A stretch of DNA of 64,000 nt from Candidatus Blackburnbacteria bacterium (GCA_016183565.1 JACPEJ010000001.1:293241-357240), one strand, 5' to 3'; counted from the stretch's first letter, positions 17,937-28,593 are shown. The notes: a model not told the origin generated them from the letters alone. Numbers and translations are program-made.

Positions 17937-18662
17937 TTATCTAGCGAAGAACTTGCCTCCTAGGCTTAGGTAGATTGCTAAATCGCGTAGAATTGAAAGT
18001 CCGTATACAAGTGATCTAGTGAGGTTTATAGAAGAGGCTTCAGGGAAGTATCGTACTGGGACTGGAGTTTCTCCGATTCTGGCGTTTCTGGCGATTGCGC
18101 CGAAAAGGATTTGTTGGTCGAAAACAAAATCATCTGAATATTTATGAAAGGGAATCTTTTGAAGGATTTCTCGACTGTAAGCTCTGAATCCGGTGTGGTA
18201 CTCAGAAAGATTCTGGCCTAATACGAGGTTTTCCGCAAGGGTTAAGAACCTGTTGGCAGTGTATTTCCAGGCGGGCATCCCTCCTTTTAATGCTTCTTCT
18301 CTGGTTCTGATTCGTGATCCCAGCATGACATCAAATCTTTTTTGCAAGATTGGGCGGATTAATTCGCCGGTTAGACTACTGTCATATTGGTAGTCCGGAT
18401 GGATCATTACCACAATGTCTGCTCCTTCGGAAAGTGCTAGTGTGTAGCAGGTTTTTTGATTTCCTCCGTATCCTCTGTTTTGGGGATGAACTGTGACCTT
18501 AAGACCAAGTTTTTTGGCGATTTTTACTGTGTGGTCGCTTGACCCATCATCTACAACTATTACTTCATCCACGGTGCCTTTGGGTATGTCTTTATATGTC
18601 TTAGCTATGGTTCTTGCGGCGTTATATGCTGGCATTACTGCGATGATTTTAGGTTTTCGCAT
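17937..18662 (-). CDS. GT2 glycosyltransferase, polyprenol-phosphate sugar synthase (DPM1/GtrB-like)
   Basis: AVMPAYNAA...VVDDGSSD...D.D motifs of a GT-A fold GT2 enzyme. Confidence 0.8.
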   Translation of the reverse strand: MRKPKIIAVMPAYNAARTIAKTYKDIPKGTVDEVIVVDDGSSDHTVKIAKKLGLKVTVHPQNRGYGGNQKTCYTLALSEGADIVVMIHPDYQYDSSLTGELIRPILQKRFDVMLGSRIRTREEALKGGMPAWKYTANRFLTLAENLVLGQNLSEYHTGFRAYSREILQKIPFHKYSDDFVFDQQILFGAIARNARIGETPVPVRYFPEASSINLTRSLVYGLSILRDLAIYLSLGGKFFAR

Positions 18663-20328
18663 GATTTTTCCTCCATAGGAAGAGGAGGGCTAGTATTGAA
18701 AAGATGCTAGTTAGTTTACTTATCTTTATTAAAAATGTCTCTTCGAATTTTACCACTATATTGTGCTGTCCGGCTTGGGTCTCAAATTGGATCCTTCCAC
18801 TTTTTTCTTTTGTAAAGGCCTTTTTTTGTTCGTCTTCATAGAGAACTATACCGGGAAAGACTAGGTGTTTAATGGTTACTGTTGTTTTTTCTGGAGCAGA
18901 AAAGGAAAACGCTAGAAGATTTGTGTTTCTTATTATTTTTTCTGGTTTAATATTTTCTGGTTCTATTAGAGGTACCTGGGGACCATAGATTAGGTTTAAG
19001 TTAGCAGTAAGTGGGAGGTATTCATGGAAAGAGTTTGTTGTTGTTTCTGCTGCAACATAGTCGGGAACAGAAAACGAAGTATACATATTGACTCTCAGAT
19101 GGTTGCGGTTTGTATAAAATGCTATAGCAAGCAAACTTGTGAATAAAAGAATTTTAAGTTTTTTGTTGGTAATAACATAGAGCGTTCCGCTCAAGATTGA
19201 TGCTGTAAAAGTTGCAGGCAGCATAAACATAGTTGGAGAATCTAGAGTGATGACTTTACTTAGAAGATCCCAAGCGGGGTGTGAGTAGTCGAGTATTGCG
19301 AAAATACTAAGTGCAAATCCGACTAATGAAGAAAGGATTAAGGGTGTAAATTTTTTATAGATCGATTCATTGACTAAGAATGTAAAAGTGGTTTTTAGTT
19401 TTTTGAACTCTTTAAATAAGAGAAACCACGTTACTACTAGTACTGAACTTAAAACAGTTAGCCATTGAGCGATGCCGATTTGCAGAGAGAAAGCACCTTC
19501 TTTGATGCTTTCTTTGTAAATTCCATAACCCCATTTGGAATAGATAAGTTGTGAGAAGTTTGCAAATCCGTGTTGGTAAAGATTGTCAAATGCGCCGGTT
19601 GAGACTTGTGTGAATTTACTGTAATAAACTGCGGGTATTAGATAAAAAGCTGACAGGCCGATTCCTAGAAGTAGCCCTTTTCCCGTAGCGGCTTTGTTGG
19701 TTTTTTGTGAAGACAGAATGAACAAAAATAGTATAGGAATAATTGAGAGGGTGGTCATCAGATGGGAAAGCAGTAGAGTACTTAATCCTACTGCTGTGAG
19801 TATTATTCCCGATCGTGTGGTTTTGTTGTTTGAAGTTTTTAATATTCCCAAGAACAGGAGAGGTAGGAAAGTGAATATGAAGGCTGTGCCGATAGAGCCG
19901 TAGACAAAAATAGTAACAAACCTGTAGGGTGCCCAGAGATAGAGCAGACTTGAAAGCAGGCTTGCCAATTTATTTTTAAGTAGATTGAATGCAAATATGT
20001 ACATAAAGATGCCAGATAGTAAATAGGAGATTACAAAGAGGGTTTTTAGGGAAATGGGTATGCTGTTGCTGATCCACAAGATGGGTAAGCCTATTATCCA
20101 GGGTAGATGGTAGGAGAAGAAAAATAGAGGGTAACCTAACCCGTGAGCTAGTGTTCCAATCCAGTAGGGTGGGTATTGACCTTCGCTTACTGCTTTTTGG
20201 TAGTGGTAAAACCGTGCAACTTGATGCCAGATATCGTGGGCTGAAAAAAGGCTGGTATGGAAGAGGGCCTTTGTGCCTATTAAGGCAAAGACTAAGATTA
20301 AGGTGAGAGGAATAGTGTGCTTTCTCAC
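18649..20328 (-). CDS. Polytopic membrane protein, YfhO/GT-C-like (HD..H..R...G.YP..W motif family)
   Basis: 559 aa, more than 10 TM helices. N-terminal loop HDIWHQVARFYHY...GQYPPYWIG...GYPLFFFSYHLP resembles the loop in 44900..46615 and YfhO proteins. Confidence 0.45.
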   Translation of the reverse strand: MRKHTIPLTLILVFALIGTKALFHTSLFSAHDIWHQVARFYHYQKAVSEGQYPPYWIGTLAHGLGYPLFFFSYHLPWIIGLPILWISNSIPISLKTLFVISYLLSGIFMYIFAFNLLKNKLASLLSSLLYLWAPYRFVTIFVYGSIGTAFIFTFLPLLFLGILKTSNNKTTRSGIILTAVGLSTLLLSHLMTTLSIIPILFLFILSSQKTNKAATGKGLLLGIGLSAFYLIPAVYYSKFTQVSTGAFDNLYQHGFANFSQLIYSKWGYGIYKESIKEGAFSLQIGIAQWLTVLSSVLVVTWFLLFKEFKKLKTTFTFLVNESIYKKFTPLILSSLVGFALSIFAILDYSHPAWDLLSKVITLDSPTMFMLPATFTASILSGTLYVITNKKLKILLFTSLLAIAFYTNRNHLRVNMYTSFSVPDYVAAETTTNSFHEYLPLTANLNLIYGPQVPLIEPENIKPEKIIRNTNLLAFSFSAPEKTTVTIKHLVFPGIVLYEDEQKKAFTKEKSGRIQFETQAGQHNIVVKFEETFLIKISKLTSIFSILALLFLWRKNHAKT

Positions 20329-22098
20329 AAGGTAATTCTACTCTTTTGTGATTTGCTGAGGTATTATATTTTTATGATGGTGGAGAAGATTGACTCCTTA
20401 AAAACTTCTACTGTGGTACTTATTATCGCAATTGTTGGGTTTTTGGCTTTTGCGAATATGCTTGGCAATGAGTTTGTATGGGATGACGAGGAACTTATTG
20501 TCGGAAATTCTGCACTTTTGCAACTTAGAAACGTGCCAGCTCTTTTTTCTCAATCAGTGTTTAATACTGGTGGGCCGAGCCTTTCAGGATGGGTTTATCG
20601 CCCGTTGCTTATGACCTTTTTCTCGTTGATTAATAGTTTGTTTGGATTGTGGCCGCCTGGTTTCCATCTAGTTCAACTTGCTTTTCATCTTACTAATGCG
20701 AGTCTCTTGTTTGTTCTATTAAAGAGGCTTTTGGGAGAGGTGAATAGGAAATTTGCAAAACCAGTTGCTTTTTTAATGGCGTTGATTTTTGCTGTTCATC
20801 CGGCTGGTGTCGAGGCAATATCTTATATTGCTCAACTTCCAGAATCTCTTCATACTTTTTTTGTGTTACTCTCATTTATCTTACTGCTTAATTCACTAGA
20901 CTGTCCTTCGAGGAATCGCTTGGTTGTGGTAGGATTTCTTTTTTTGCTTGGGTTGTTAACTAAAGAAAATGCGGTTGTATTTTTACCCATAGTTTTTTTC
21001 TATTTATTTTTGTTTGCAAGGGAAAAGCTTAAGGTATGGGGGTCTCTTTTTGTCGGTAGTTTTATTACCTACCTTGGAATAAGATTTGTTTTTTACGGGA
21101 TTCAAACTGAAAGACCACATTTTATTGCGCCGATATCTGATGCAAGTTTTTTTGAGAGATTGCTGACAGCTCCTTTTATATTCTTTACTTATTTAAAGAT
21201 ATTCTTTTTCCCTAATGTCTTATCAATTGCACAACATAATGTTATAAAGGACATGGTAGATAGTTCCTTTTTGGTTTCTCTGGTAGTTGTAGTTTTGTTT
21301 TGTTTAGTTTGCTTAGGGATTATATACAAGAAAAAATCTAAACTCGGGCTTTTCTTTTTTGTTTCTTTTCTTATCTCGCTTGGACCAACTCTTAATATAA
21401 TAATGCCTCTTGATATGTCTATAGCGGAACATTGGTTTTATTTTCCAATGACTCTCTTGATTGGGTTTTTGAGTGTGGTAGTGATTTCGACTAAGTTTTT
21501 GGTAAAACATTCTTCGGTTTTTGTAGTGGTTCTGTCAATGTTAATTGTTTTATTGGCAGGAAGAACCGTTGTGCGCAATGCAAACTGGAAAAATGGCCTT
21601 ACGCTTTACGGACATGATTTGCAATATCAACCAAATAATTTTGATTTAGAGAATAATTATGGTGTTGAAATTTTTAGAGTGGGGAGAGCGGAGGAGGCAT
21701 TAGTTCATTTTCAAAAGTCAGTAGAATTGCGTCCTCAATGGGATGTGTCAAATAATAATTTGGGGGCGGTATACGAACGTTTAGGAGACATTGGAAACGC
21801 GAAAGTTTATTACAAGCGATCAGTGCAACTTTCAGATTACTATATTGCTTATGATAATCTTTCTTCTTTGTTTGCTAAAACAGAGGAGCCGGATGAGGCG
21901 TTGAAATTTTTGGATGTGGCAATACGCAAGTTTCCGAACAGCGAACGTGTGAATAGTGCTTTGGCAATTACTTATTATAAAAAAGGTAATGTTGAGTCTG
22001 CTCTATACTTTGCTCGACAGGCAGTTTCTGTTTCTCCTACACAGCAGAATTTGTTTATATATGACACTATACTAAATAAGAAGAAGCTTGAGTTGTGA
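20317..22098 (+). CDS. TMTC/PMT-like GT-C membrane glycosyltransferase with C-terminal TPR repeats
   Basis: N-terminal FVWDDEELIVGN motif (DUF1736/PMT-like loop), multiple TM helices, then TPR-like repeats. Confidence 0.55.
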   Translation: MLSHKVILLFCDLLRYYIFMMVEKIDSLKTSTVVLIIAIVGFLAFANMLGNEFVWDDEELIVGNSALLQLRNVPALFSQSVFNTGGPSLSGWVYRPLLMTFFSLINSLFGLWPPGFHLVQLAFHLTNASLLFVLLKRLLGEVNRKFAKPVAFLMALIFAVHPAGVEAISYIAQLPESLHTFFVLLSFILLLNSLDCPSRNRLVVVGFLFLLGLLTKENAVVFLPIVFFYLFLFAREKLKVWGSLFVGSFITYLGIRFVFYGIQTERPHFIAPISDASFFERLLTAPFIFFTYLKIFFFPNVLSIAQHNVIKDMVDSSFLVSLVVVVLFCLVCLGIIYKKKSKLGLFFFVSFLISLGPTLNIIMPLDMSIAEHWFYFPMTLLIGFLSVVVISTKFLVKHSSVFVVVLSMLIVLLAGRTVVRNANWKNGLTLYGHDLQYQPNNFDLENNYGVEIFRVGRAEEALVHFQKSVELRPQWDVSNNNLGAVYERLGDIGNAKVYYKRSVQLSDYYIAYDNLSSLFAKTEEPDEALKFLDVAIRKFPNSERVNSALAITYYKKGNVESALYFARQAVSVSPTQQNLFIYDTILNKKKLEL

Positions 22099-22152
22099 TT
22101 TAGGGTGGTGCTTGATGAATGTTCTTAAGTGCGGTAACATTGTGGTGTAAAT

Positions 22153-23382
22153 ATGCGATATTCAGATCTTTTTCCAAAGACGCGAAGAAATGCACCTAAA
22201 GAAGCGGAGTCTTTGAACCATCGGATTCTTGTTCGCGGGGGTTTTATAGATCAACTTATGAGTGGTTCTTGGACCCTTCTTCCGTTGGGTTTTAAAGTGG
22301 TTCAAAAGGTAGTCGATATTATTCGGGAGGAGATGAATGCAACGGGTGCACAAGAAGTTTTAATGCCCCTGTTGCATCCTAAGGAGATTTGGAATCAGAC
22401 AGGTAGGTGGGAAACGGCTCGTGATGTGATGTATCAGTTTAAGGATTCTAGAGACCGTGAGTATGCACTTTCGTTTACACATGAAGAAGTCGTAATGGAC
22501 TTAGTAAGAAAACACCTTCGATCATACAAGGATTTGCCAATTAAGATTTATCATTTTTCTACTAAGTTTAGAAATGAACCAAGAGCAAGATCTGGTATAT
22601 TACGAGGTCGAGAGTTTCTTATGAAAGATTTGTATAGTGTTCATTCTAATGAAGAAGATATGTATAAGTACTACTGGGAAGTGAAAGATGCATATCTTCG
22701 ATCTTTTGGAAGAATTGGTTTTAAGGACGTTAAGGTGGTGGAGGCAGCGGGCGGTGTTTTTACAGATAAACATACTCACGAATTTCAGGTGTTATCAGAA
22801 GGTGGGGAGGATGTTGTTTATTATTGCGACAGATGCGATTGGGCGCAGAATAAAGAAATTTTTCAAGATAAAGCTGGAGATTCTTGTCCGTCCTGTAAAA
22901 AAGGAAAGGCTGTAGAAGCTCGTTCTATTGAGGTGGGGAATATTTTTCCACTGGGTGTATGGTATGCAGAGAAGATGGGTGTTTATTTCATTGACGAGGA
23001 TGGGAGACAAAAGCTTCCTTGGTTTGCAAGTTATGGTATAGGTCCTTCGAGGATACTGGGTACGTTGGTTGAAGTTTACGGTACTGAAAAAGGGATGCTT
23101 TGGCCCGATTCAGTATCTCCCTTTACTGTTCACCTTATAAACATTAACACAGATGCCTTGTTTGTGTATGAGCAGTTGCAGAAGGTAGGTATAGATGTTC
23201 TATATGATGATAGAGATGTTTCTGCTGGGGAGAAATTTGCCGACAGTGATCTTATAGGGATTCCGATAAGACTTGTTGTTTCCAAAGAGACAGGCGAGAA
23301 AATTGAATGGAAGAGACGAGATACTGAGGAAATAGAAATTTTGGGAATTGAAGATGTGATAGAAAGATTAAAAAACAAGTAA
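22153..23382 (+). CDS. proS: Prolyl-tRNA synthetase, minimal form without INS editing domain
   Basis: 409 aa, collinear with bacterial ProRS catalytic core motifs. No editing-domain insertion. Cys cluster CDRCDW...CPSCKKG. Confidence 0.9.
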   Translation: MRYSDLFPKTRRNAPKEAESLNHRILVRGGFIDQLMSGSWTLLPLGFKVVQKVVDIIREEMNATGAQEVLMPLLHPKEIWNQTGRWETARDVMYQFKDSRDREYALSFTHEEVVMDLVRKHLRSYKDLPIKIYHFSTKFRNEPRARSGILRGREFLMKDLYSVHSNEEDMYKYYWEVKDAYLRSFGRIGFKDVKVVEAAGGVFTDKHTHEFQVLSEGGEDVVYYCDRCDWAQNKEIFQDKAGDSCPSCKKGKAVEARSIEVGNIFPLGVWYAEKMGVYFIDEDGRQKLPWFASYGIGPSRILGTLVEVYGTEKGMLWPDSVSPFTVHLININTDALFVYEQLQKVGIDVLYDDRDVSAGEKFADSDLIGIPIRLVVSKETGEKIEWKRRDTEEIEILGIEDVIERLKNK

Positions 23383-23400
23383 TGCAAGATTTTTCTAGAG

Positions 23401-24573
23401 ATGTTATCGAAAACAATAACTTCCTCTTGCTGGAAAAGGAGTGGATGCAGTAAAAAGAGTTTAGTGATTCCTTACTCTAAGCTAGGAAAGTATTTTATAG
23501 CCTCAAGAATCCTTTTTCTTCTTTTTGCCTTTCTTGCGATTTTTTTTGTTCCACTTCAGGAGGGGTATATCGGGAGGCAAGTTTCTACTCAGGAAGCTTC
23601 CTTTTTAACGTGGTCTTGGGCTAATTTTGATGGTAGGCATTTTATAAATATTGCAAGGCTTGGCTATAGAAATTTTGATTTTGCATACTTTCCTTTATAC
23701 CCGATCTTGATTTCCTTACTTGGTTATATAGTACCGCATGTTTGGGCGGGAATTATTATTTCCACTGTTGCCTTGGTGTTGGCAATTTATGTTGTATATA
23801 AACTAATTGAACTTGATTTTAGCAAGGAGACTGCCAATTTAGCAGTGTTTTTAATTCTTCTTTTTCCATTAAGTTTTTTTTATCATTCGGTTTATCCGGA
23901 TTCACTTTTCTTGCTTTTTTCAACTACCTCTTTTTATTTTGCAAGGAAAGACAAATGGTGGTTGGCTGGGATTTTTTGCGGGTTGACTATCGTAACAAGA
24001 TTATCGGGTGTTGCACTAGTAACCGCTTTAGCAGTTGAGTGGTATCTGCAATACAAGAATAGACCTCTTTATTTAAATAAACTGGTTGGTGCCTTGACAC
24101 TAGGAACATCGGGCCTTGTTGGTTACATGGTTTACCTGTGGTACTACTTTGGTGACCCGCTTCTGTTCCAAAAATCGATGAGTGCTTGGAATCAAGGTGC
24201 TTGGGTGTTTCCTCCACAGGTAGTTTTTAGATATCTTAAGATTTTCTTTTTCGTTAACAAAAATCTTGTAGTTTATTGGATAGCAGCTTTGGAATTTGTA
24301 AGTTTTTTTGCTTATTTGCTACTCGCGTTTTTTGTGTATAAGAGAGTAAGGAGGTCTTATGGGGTGTTTATGTTTGTTCTTCTTTTATTGGTAACTTTTA
24401 CAGGAACTTTTGCGGGAACTCCACGCTACATGCTTCATCTTTTCCCAGGTTTTATAGGAATGTCTTTGATTTTTCAAAAAAGTAATGTGGTGAAGTATGG
24501 CTTATTAGTATTATTCTTGGCGCTTGGTTTTGTGTTGACAGGCTTATTTACTCGGGGCTATTTTGTTGGGTAA
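23401..24573 (+). CDS. GT-C-type polytopic membrane protein (PIG-V/DUF2029-like mannosyltransferase family)
   Basis: 390 aa. FLTWSWANFDGRHFINIARLGY...YFPLYPILI pattern; 9-10 TM helices. Confidence 0.4.
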   Translation: MLSKTITSSCWKRSGCSKKSLVIPYSKLGKYFIASRILFLLFAFLAIFFVPLQEGYIGRQVSTQEASFLTWSWANFDGRHFINIARLGYRNFDFAYFPLYPILISLLGYIVPHVWAGIIISTVALVLAIYVVYKLIELDFSKETANLAVFLILLFPLSFFYHSVYPDSLFLLFSTTSFYFARKDKWWLAGIFCGLTIVTRLSGVALVTALAVEWYLQYKNRPLYLNKLVGALTLGTSGLVGYMVYLWYYFGDPLLFQKSMSAWNQGAWVFPPQVVFRYLKIFFFVNKNLVVYWIAALEFVSFFAYLLLAFFVYKRVRRSYGVFMFVLLLLVTFTGTFAGTPRYMLHLFPGFIGMSLIFQKSNVVKYGLLVLFLALGFVLTGLFTRGYFVG

Positions 24574-24595
24574 TACAAAAGTGCTAAAATGAAAT

Positions 24596-25042
24596 GTGAT
24601 AGATTCACTGCCCCAGGATATACTAGTTAATTTGCCTGCATTTGAAACCCTAGATCCCTCTGTTCTTAAGATAGCGTTTGTTGTAGTGTTTGTTTTTATT
24701 TTCCTCCTTCTTCTTGCTTTCACTCGTCATCATATAATTCACACGTCGCTTAAGGGGTTGAGAGCTGGGTTGATAACGGGAGTTCTTGGTGTACTTATTA
24801 TAGAGGGTGCTCTTCTTGTTGTGGTTAAAGATTATATTCTTGGAGAAAAAGCCGCTGTATTGCCTCAGAATGTGCAGACTGTTCTTGAAGATAGCAGGTC
24901 TAGTGTGACTAAGGTTATGGGTACAAGCACTGAGAGAAAGAGGCCGACTGCGCAAGAAGTAGTTTCTGATTATAAGATTTTGTCTCCAATAGACGCGGAG
25001 CTTGTTCGGAGTTCTGTTTGTAAACAAGAAGATGGGTATTGA
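24596..25042 (+). CDS. Hypothetical membrane protein
   Basis: 148 aa with 2 strong TM helices. Confidence 0.3.
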   Translation: MIDSLPQDILVNLPAFETLDPSVLKIAFVVVFVFIFLLLLAFTRHHIIHTSLKGLRAGLITGVLGVLIIEGALLVVVKDYILGEKAAVLPQNVQTVLEDSRSSVTKVMGTSTERKRPTAQEVVSDYKILSPIDAELVRSSVCKQEDGY

Positions 25043-25373
25043 TTTTGTCTGGAAAGCTTTATTATTATTGTCAGCTGGTGCGTTGGGTGCTTTGGTGTTG
25101 GTTAAGGTTTTGTCTCCAGGTTCTACCAATCCGGTTCTGGGTCAGAAGGTTTCGATTAGTGAGCGAGTAAGAAGTACTGTGCAAAAGCAAGAGAAAGATC
25201 AGATAAATTCTATTAAGAGTAGAATTGTGGATAAAGTTTTGCCAGCAATTACTGAAAATCCTATTCTTTCACCAATTCTCCGGACGTCGCGGGAAGTAGA
25301 GGAAGCGGTCCAAACGGTTAGGAGTTTACCTGACGACCAAAAGAATGCGATTTGTCAGCAAGTTTGTCAGTAG
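25002..25373 (+). CDS. Hypothetical membrane-anchored protein
   Basis: ORF with one TM; probable start at the internal Met (MGIDFVW...). Confidence 0.3.
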   Translation: MFGVLFVNKKMGIDFVWKALLLLSAGALGALVLVKVLSPGSTNPVLGQKVSISERVRSTVQKQEKDQINSIKSRIVDKVLPAITENPILSPILRTSREVEEAVQTVRSLPDDQKNAICQQVCQ

Positions 25374-25414
25374 CCTCTCTTGCTTGTTGTATTAGGTGGT
25401 AAAATGTCATTCAT

Positions 25415-26494
25415 ATGGAATCGTTGCGCGAAAAATTAGGTGAGTTGAGGGGCCGTTTGGGTGTGCTTCTTACTGCTTCAGATTTGGACCAGAAGCGCAA
25501 AAGTTTGCGGGAACTTGAAGCGCGAGCGATAAAACCTGACTTTTGGGATGATGCTGAACAAGCAAGAGGGGTGATGTCGGAGATAAGCGTGCTTCAAGAG
25601 GAAATTGCGATTCTAGAGGGTTTGGAGCAGCAAATTTCGGATGCTTTTTCTGTTGTAGATGAGCCTGAACTTGAGCAAGAGTTATACGAAGCGATTGGAA
25701 AAATAAATAGAGATATTTCCCGGCTTGAGGTTTCTACTTTTCTTTCTGGTGAATACGATAAGAATGATGCGATTCTTGCAATTCATTCTGGCCAGGGTGG
25801 AACGGAAGCTATGGATTGGGCACAGATGCTTTTTCGTATGTATGTGAGGTATGCACAGAGTAGAGATTGGAAAGTGGAGGTTTTGGAAGAGAATTCGGGT
25901 GAGGAAGCTGGAATAAAATCTGCAACTCTTCTTGTCTCTGGTCGTTGGGCGTATGGTTATTTACGGGGAGAATCGGGTACTCATCGGCTTGTTCGACAAT
26001 CACCTTTTAATGCGGATAAATTGCGTCAAACATCGTTTGCTTTGGTTGAAGTGTTGCCGAAGATTGAGGAGGCCCCGGATATAGAGATAAAGGAGGATGA
26101 TCTCGAGTGGCAGTTCTTCCGCGCCTCAAGCCAGGGTGGGCAGAATGTGCAAAAGGTTTCAACAGCTGTAAGGGTTGTACACAAGCCAACTGGAATTATT
26201 GTTACTTCTCAGACTGAGAGATACCAGGAACAAAACAGGAAGATAGCCTTGAGTCTTTTGCGGGCAAAGCTTTGGTTGCGACAAAAGATACAGAGGGAGG
26301 AGAATCTTAAGGAGATTAAGGGGGATTATCGTCCTGCTGCTTGGGGTACACAAATTCGTTCGTATGTGCTGCATCCATACAAAATGGTTAAGGATTTGCG
26401 TACTAGCGTTGAGACTGGTGACACAGAGGGAGTTTTGGATGGGAAACTTGATGAGTTTATCGATGCAGAGCTTCGCTTATTGGCCGGTGTTTAA
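25415..26494 (+). CDS. prfB: Peptide chain release factor 2; contiguous ORF, no programmed +1 frameshift
   Basis: SPF tripeptide motif (RQSPFNA), GGQ motif (SSQGGQNVQKV). Collinear with E. coli RF2. Confidence 0.9.
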   Translation: MESLREKLGELRGRLGVLLTASDLDQKRKSLRELEARAIKPDFWDDAEQARGVMSEISVLQEEIAILEGLEQQISDAFSVVDEPELEQELYEAIGKINRDISRLEVSTFLSGEYDKNDAILAIHSGQGGTEAMDWAQMLFRMYVRYAQSRDWKVEVLEENSGEEAGIKSATLLVSGRWAYGYLRGESGTHRLVRQSPFNADKLRQTSFALVEVLPKIEEAPDIEIKEDDLEWQFFRASSQGGQNVQKVSTAVRVVHKPTGIIVTSQTERYQEQNRKIALSLLRAKLWLRQKIQREENLKEIKGDYRPAAWGTQIRSYVLHPYKMVKDLRTSVETGDTEGVLDGKLDEFIDAELRLLAGV

Positions 26495-26519
26495 AAGGGT
26501 GTTGTTGCAATTTCTTTAA

Positions 26520-26984
26520 TTGTGGTATATTAAAGTGATGGTAGATCAAAATGTTCCTTTGGGATCAGTTCCCCAGGAGGGAAATTTGCTAAAAGATATT
26601 CTGTTGCCTTCTGTACTTATACTTTTTGTGATAACAGTAGGGATAGGAACTGGTTGGAAGCTGTCGGGGAGTACGAGTTTCATTCCTGGTTCTGTGTTGA
26701 ACTCTAATGCGAAAGCCCCTGATCCGGGGAAAGAAGTTGGGTCTAAGGATGAGAAGACTTTTAGGGATAGGGCGGAGGGTGTTATGGAAAAGGGGGGAGT
26801 GGATGGAGAGGGGACACATCATTTGACTCGAGATGGTGGACCGTCACAAAATGTTTACTTAACATCTTCGGTGGTTGATCTTGACCAGTTTGTGGGTAAA
26901 AAGGTTGAAGTTTGGGGAGAAACGTTTAATGGTGAGAAAGCTGGGTGGTTGATGGATGTGGGGCGAATTAAAGTTTTAGAGTGA
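26520..26984 (+). CDS. Hypothetical membrane-anchored protein
   Basis: 154 aa; one TM then a soluble domain. Confidence 0.35.
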   Translation: MWYIKVMVDQNVPLGSVPQEGNLLKDILLPSVLILFVITVGIGTGWKLSGSTSFIPGSVLNSNAKAPDPGKEVGSKDEKTFRDRAEGVMEKGGVDGEGTHHLTRDGGPSQNVYLTSSVVDLDQFVGKKVEVWGETFNGEKAGWLMDVGRIKVLE

Positions 26985-27007
26985 GCCTCCTTAAGTAGAA
27001 TATATGT

Positions 27008-27691
27008 TTGTGTATGATCAAGTTCGAGAATGTAACGAAAAAGTTTGGTTCTACTGTAGCACTTGAAGATATTTCCTTCGAAATAGAAAAGGGAGAGTTT
27101 GTATTTTTGACTGGTCATTCTGGTAGTGGAAAAACTACCCTGATTCGTCTTTTATTGAGGGAACTTTCTCCGACTTCAGGCAAGATTTTAATAGAAGGTA
27201 AAGAGTTGGGTATGGTGAGAAAGCATGAACTCCCTTTTTACAGGAGAAAGGTAGGTGTTGTTTTTCAGGACTTCAAGTTGTTATCTAATATGACGGTTTA
27301 TGAGAATGTGCGTTTGGCTTGTGAGATTGATGGCCACGTAAGCGATGTTGAAGAGAAAAAGATTCAAGAGGTGTTGCACGAGGTTGGTATGACAGCTAAG
27401 CAAGGTCTTTTTCCACGACAGCTTTCTGGGGGTGAAACACAACGGGCGGTTATTGCTCGAGTTTTGGTTATGCAGCCGAAAGTGATTTTGGCTGATGAAC
27501 CCACTGGCAATCTAGATCCTCAAACTGCACGGCAAATTATCGATCTTCTTGAAAAAGCCAGTGAAGGGGAGACTACGGTTCTTGTTGCTACACACAACGC
27601 TCTTATAGTTAATGATCTCAAGCGTCGTGTAATACAGCTTAAAGAAGGTAAGTTAGTTGGAGATTGTAAAAAGGGAAAGTATATTGATTAA
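27008..27691 (+). CDS. ftsE: Cell-division ABC ATPase FtsE
   Basis: Walker [13 protein letters not shown] signature LSGGETQR, Walker [12 protein letters not shown]. Confidence 0.9.
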   Translation: MCMIKFENVTKKFGSTVALEDISFEIEKGEFVFLTGHSGSGKTTLIRLLLRELSPTSGKILIEGKELGMVRKHELPFYRRKVGVVFQDFKLLSNMTVYENVRLACEIDGHVSDVEEKKIQEVLHEVGMTAKQGLFPRQLSGGETQRAVIARVLVMQPKVILADEPTGNLDPQTARQIIDLLEKASEGETTVLVATHNALIVNDLKRRVIQLKEGKLVGDCKKGKYID

Positions 27692-28592
27692 TATGCATAC
27701 TGCCTGGAAACATATTAGGCGTTCTCCTTATCAAGCACTTACTGCGGTGTTTATAATGACGCTGACCTTTTTTGTAGCAACTGTGTTGGTTGTGTTGGCT
27801 TACGGTACTTCGACTGTTTTGCGTTACTATGAAACTCGGCCTCAAGTTATAGCCTATCTTAAGGCGGACGTAACTCCTTCTGATGTTTCTTCGCTCCAGG
27901 TGAAACTTGAGTCGGATTCGAGGGTGGAGGGAGTGAAGTATGTTTCAAAAGAGCAAGCTTTGGATATATATAAGCAAGCTACTTCTAGTAATCCACTCCT
28001 TGCGGAATTTGTAAGTCCTAAGATATTTCCTGCTAGCTTGGAGTTTTCTGTTCGTGATCTTGCTTTTGCGCAAGAAGTTATTTCCCAGCTTGGTGAAGAA
28101 GCGACAATAGAGGAAGTTGCGTTTACTGCTAATTTAGGTGATTCTAAAAATTTAAATCAAGTTGTGGAGAGATTAAGTAGTGTGGCTAATTACGTTAGGA
28201 TAGGAGGAGCAGTGGTTTTGGGCTTTCTTCTTGCGTCATCCTTTCTTGTACTTTTGATAATTATTGGGATGCGGATATCTTCTAGGCGGGAGGAGATAGA
28301 AATACTTCAGTTGATAGGGGCAACCTCTGGTTTTATCAGGAGCCCTTTTATTCTAGAAGGCATGTTTTATGTTGTTGTGGGAAGCGTTGTTGGTTGGCTT
28401 TTGACTCTTTTGCTAACTCTTTATGTGTCGCCGTCGTTGATTTCCTTTTTTCAGGGAGTTCCTTTTTTACCACAGGATCTTTTTTCTTTGTTGGAACTTT
28501 TTGGGGTAGTGCTTGCTGGAGAGTTTTTGCTTGCTATAATACTGGGTGCTTTAGGTAGTTTAATAGCGATTAAGAGATATCTTAAAATATGA
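27657..28592 (+). CDS. ftsX: Cell-division permease FtsX
   Basis: N-terminal TM, periplasmic domain, 3 C-terminal TMs. Overlaps and is coupled to ftsE. Confidence 0.85.
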   Translation: MEIVKRESILINMHTAWKHIRRSPYQALTAVFIMTLTFFVATVLVVLAYGTSTVLRYYETRPQVIAYLKADVTPSDVSSLQVKLESDSRVEGVKYVSKEQALDIYKQATSSNPLLAEFVSPKIFPASLEFSVRDLAFAQEVISQLGEEATIEEVAFTANLGDSKNLNQVVERLSSVANYVRIGGAVVLGFLLASSFLVLLIIIGMRISSRREEIEILQLIGATSGFIRSPFILEGMFYVVVGSVVGWLLTLLLTLYVSPSLISFFQGVPFLPQDLFSLLELFGVVLAGEFLLAIILGALGSLIAIKRYLKI

Positions 28593-28593
28593 T

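Noticed and set aside
24650-25129. 159-aa minus-strand ORF
   Set aside because: Low-complexity Asn/Lys-rich antisense translation overlapping two plus-strand membrane-protein ORFs.
25415-26494. Programmed +1 frameshift site in prfB
   Set aside because: The RF2 ORF is contiguous from its N-terminus (collinear with E. coli RF2 from residue ~1); no CUU-UGA-C shift site or split ORF is present.
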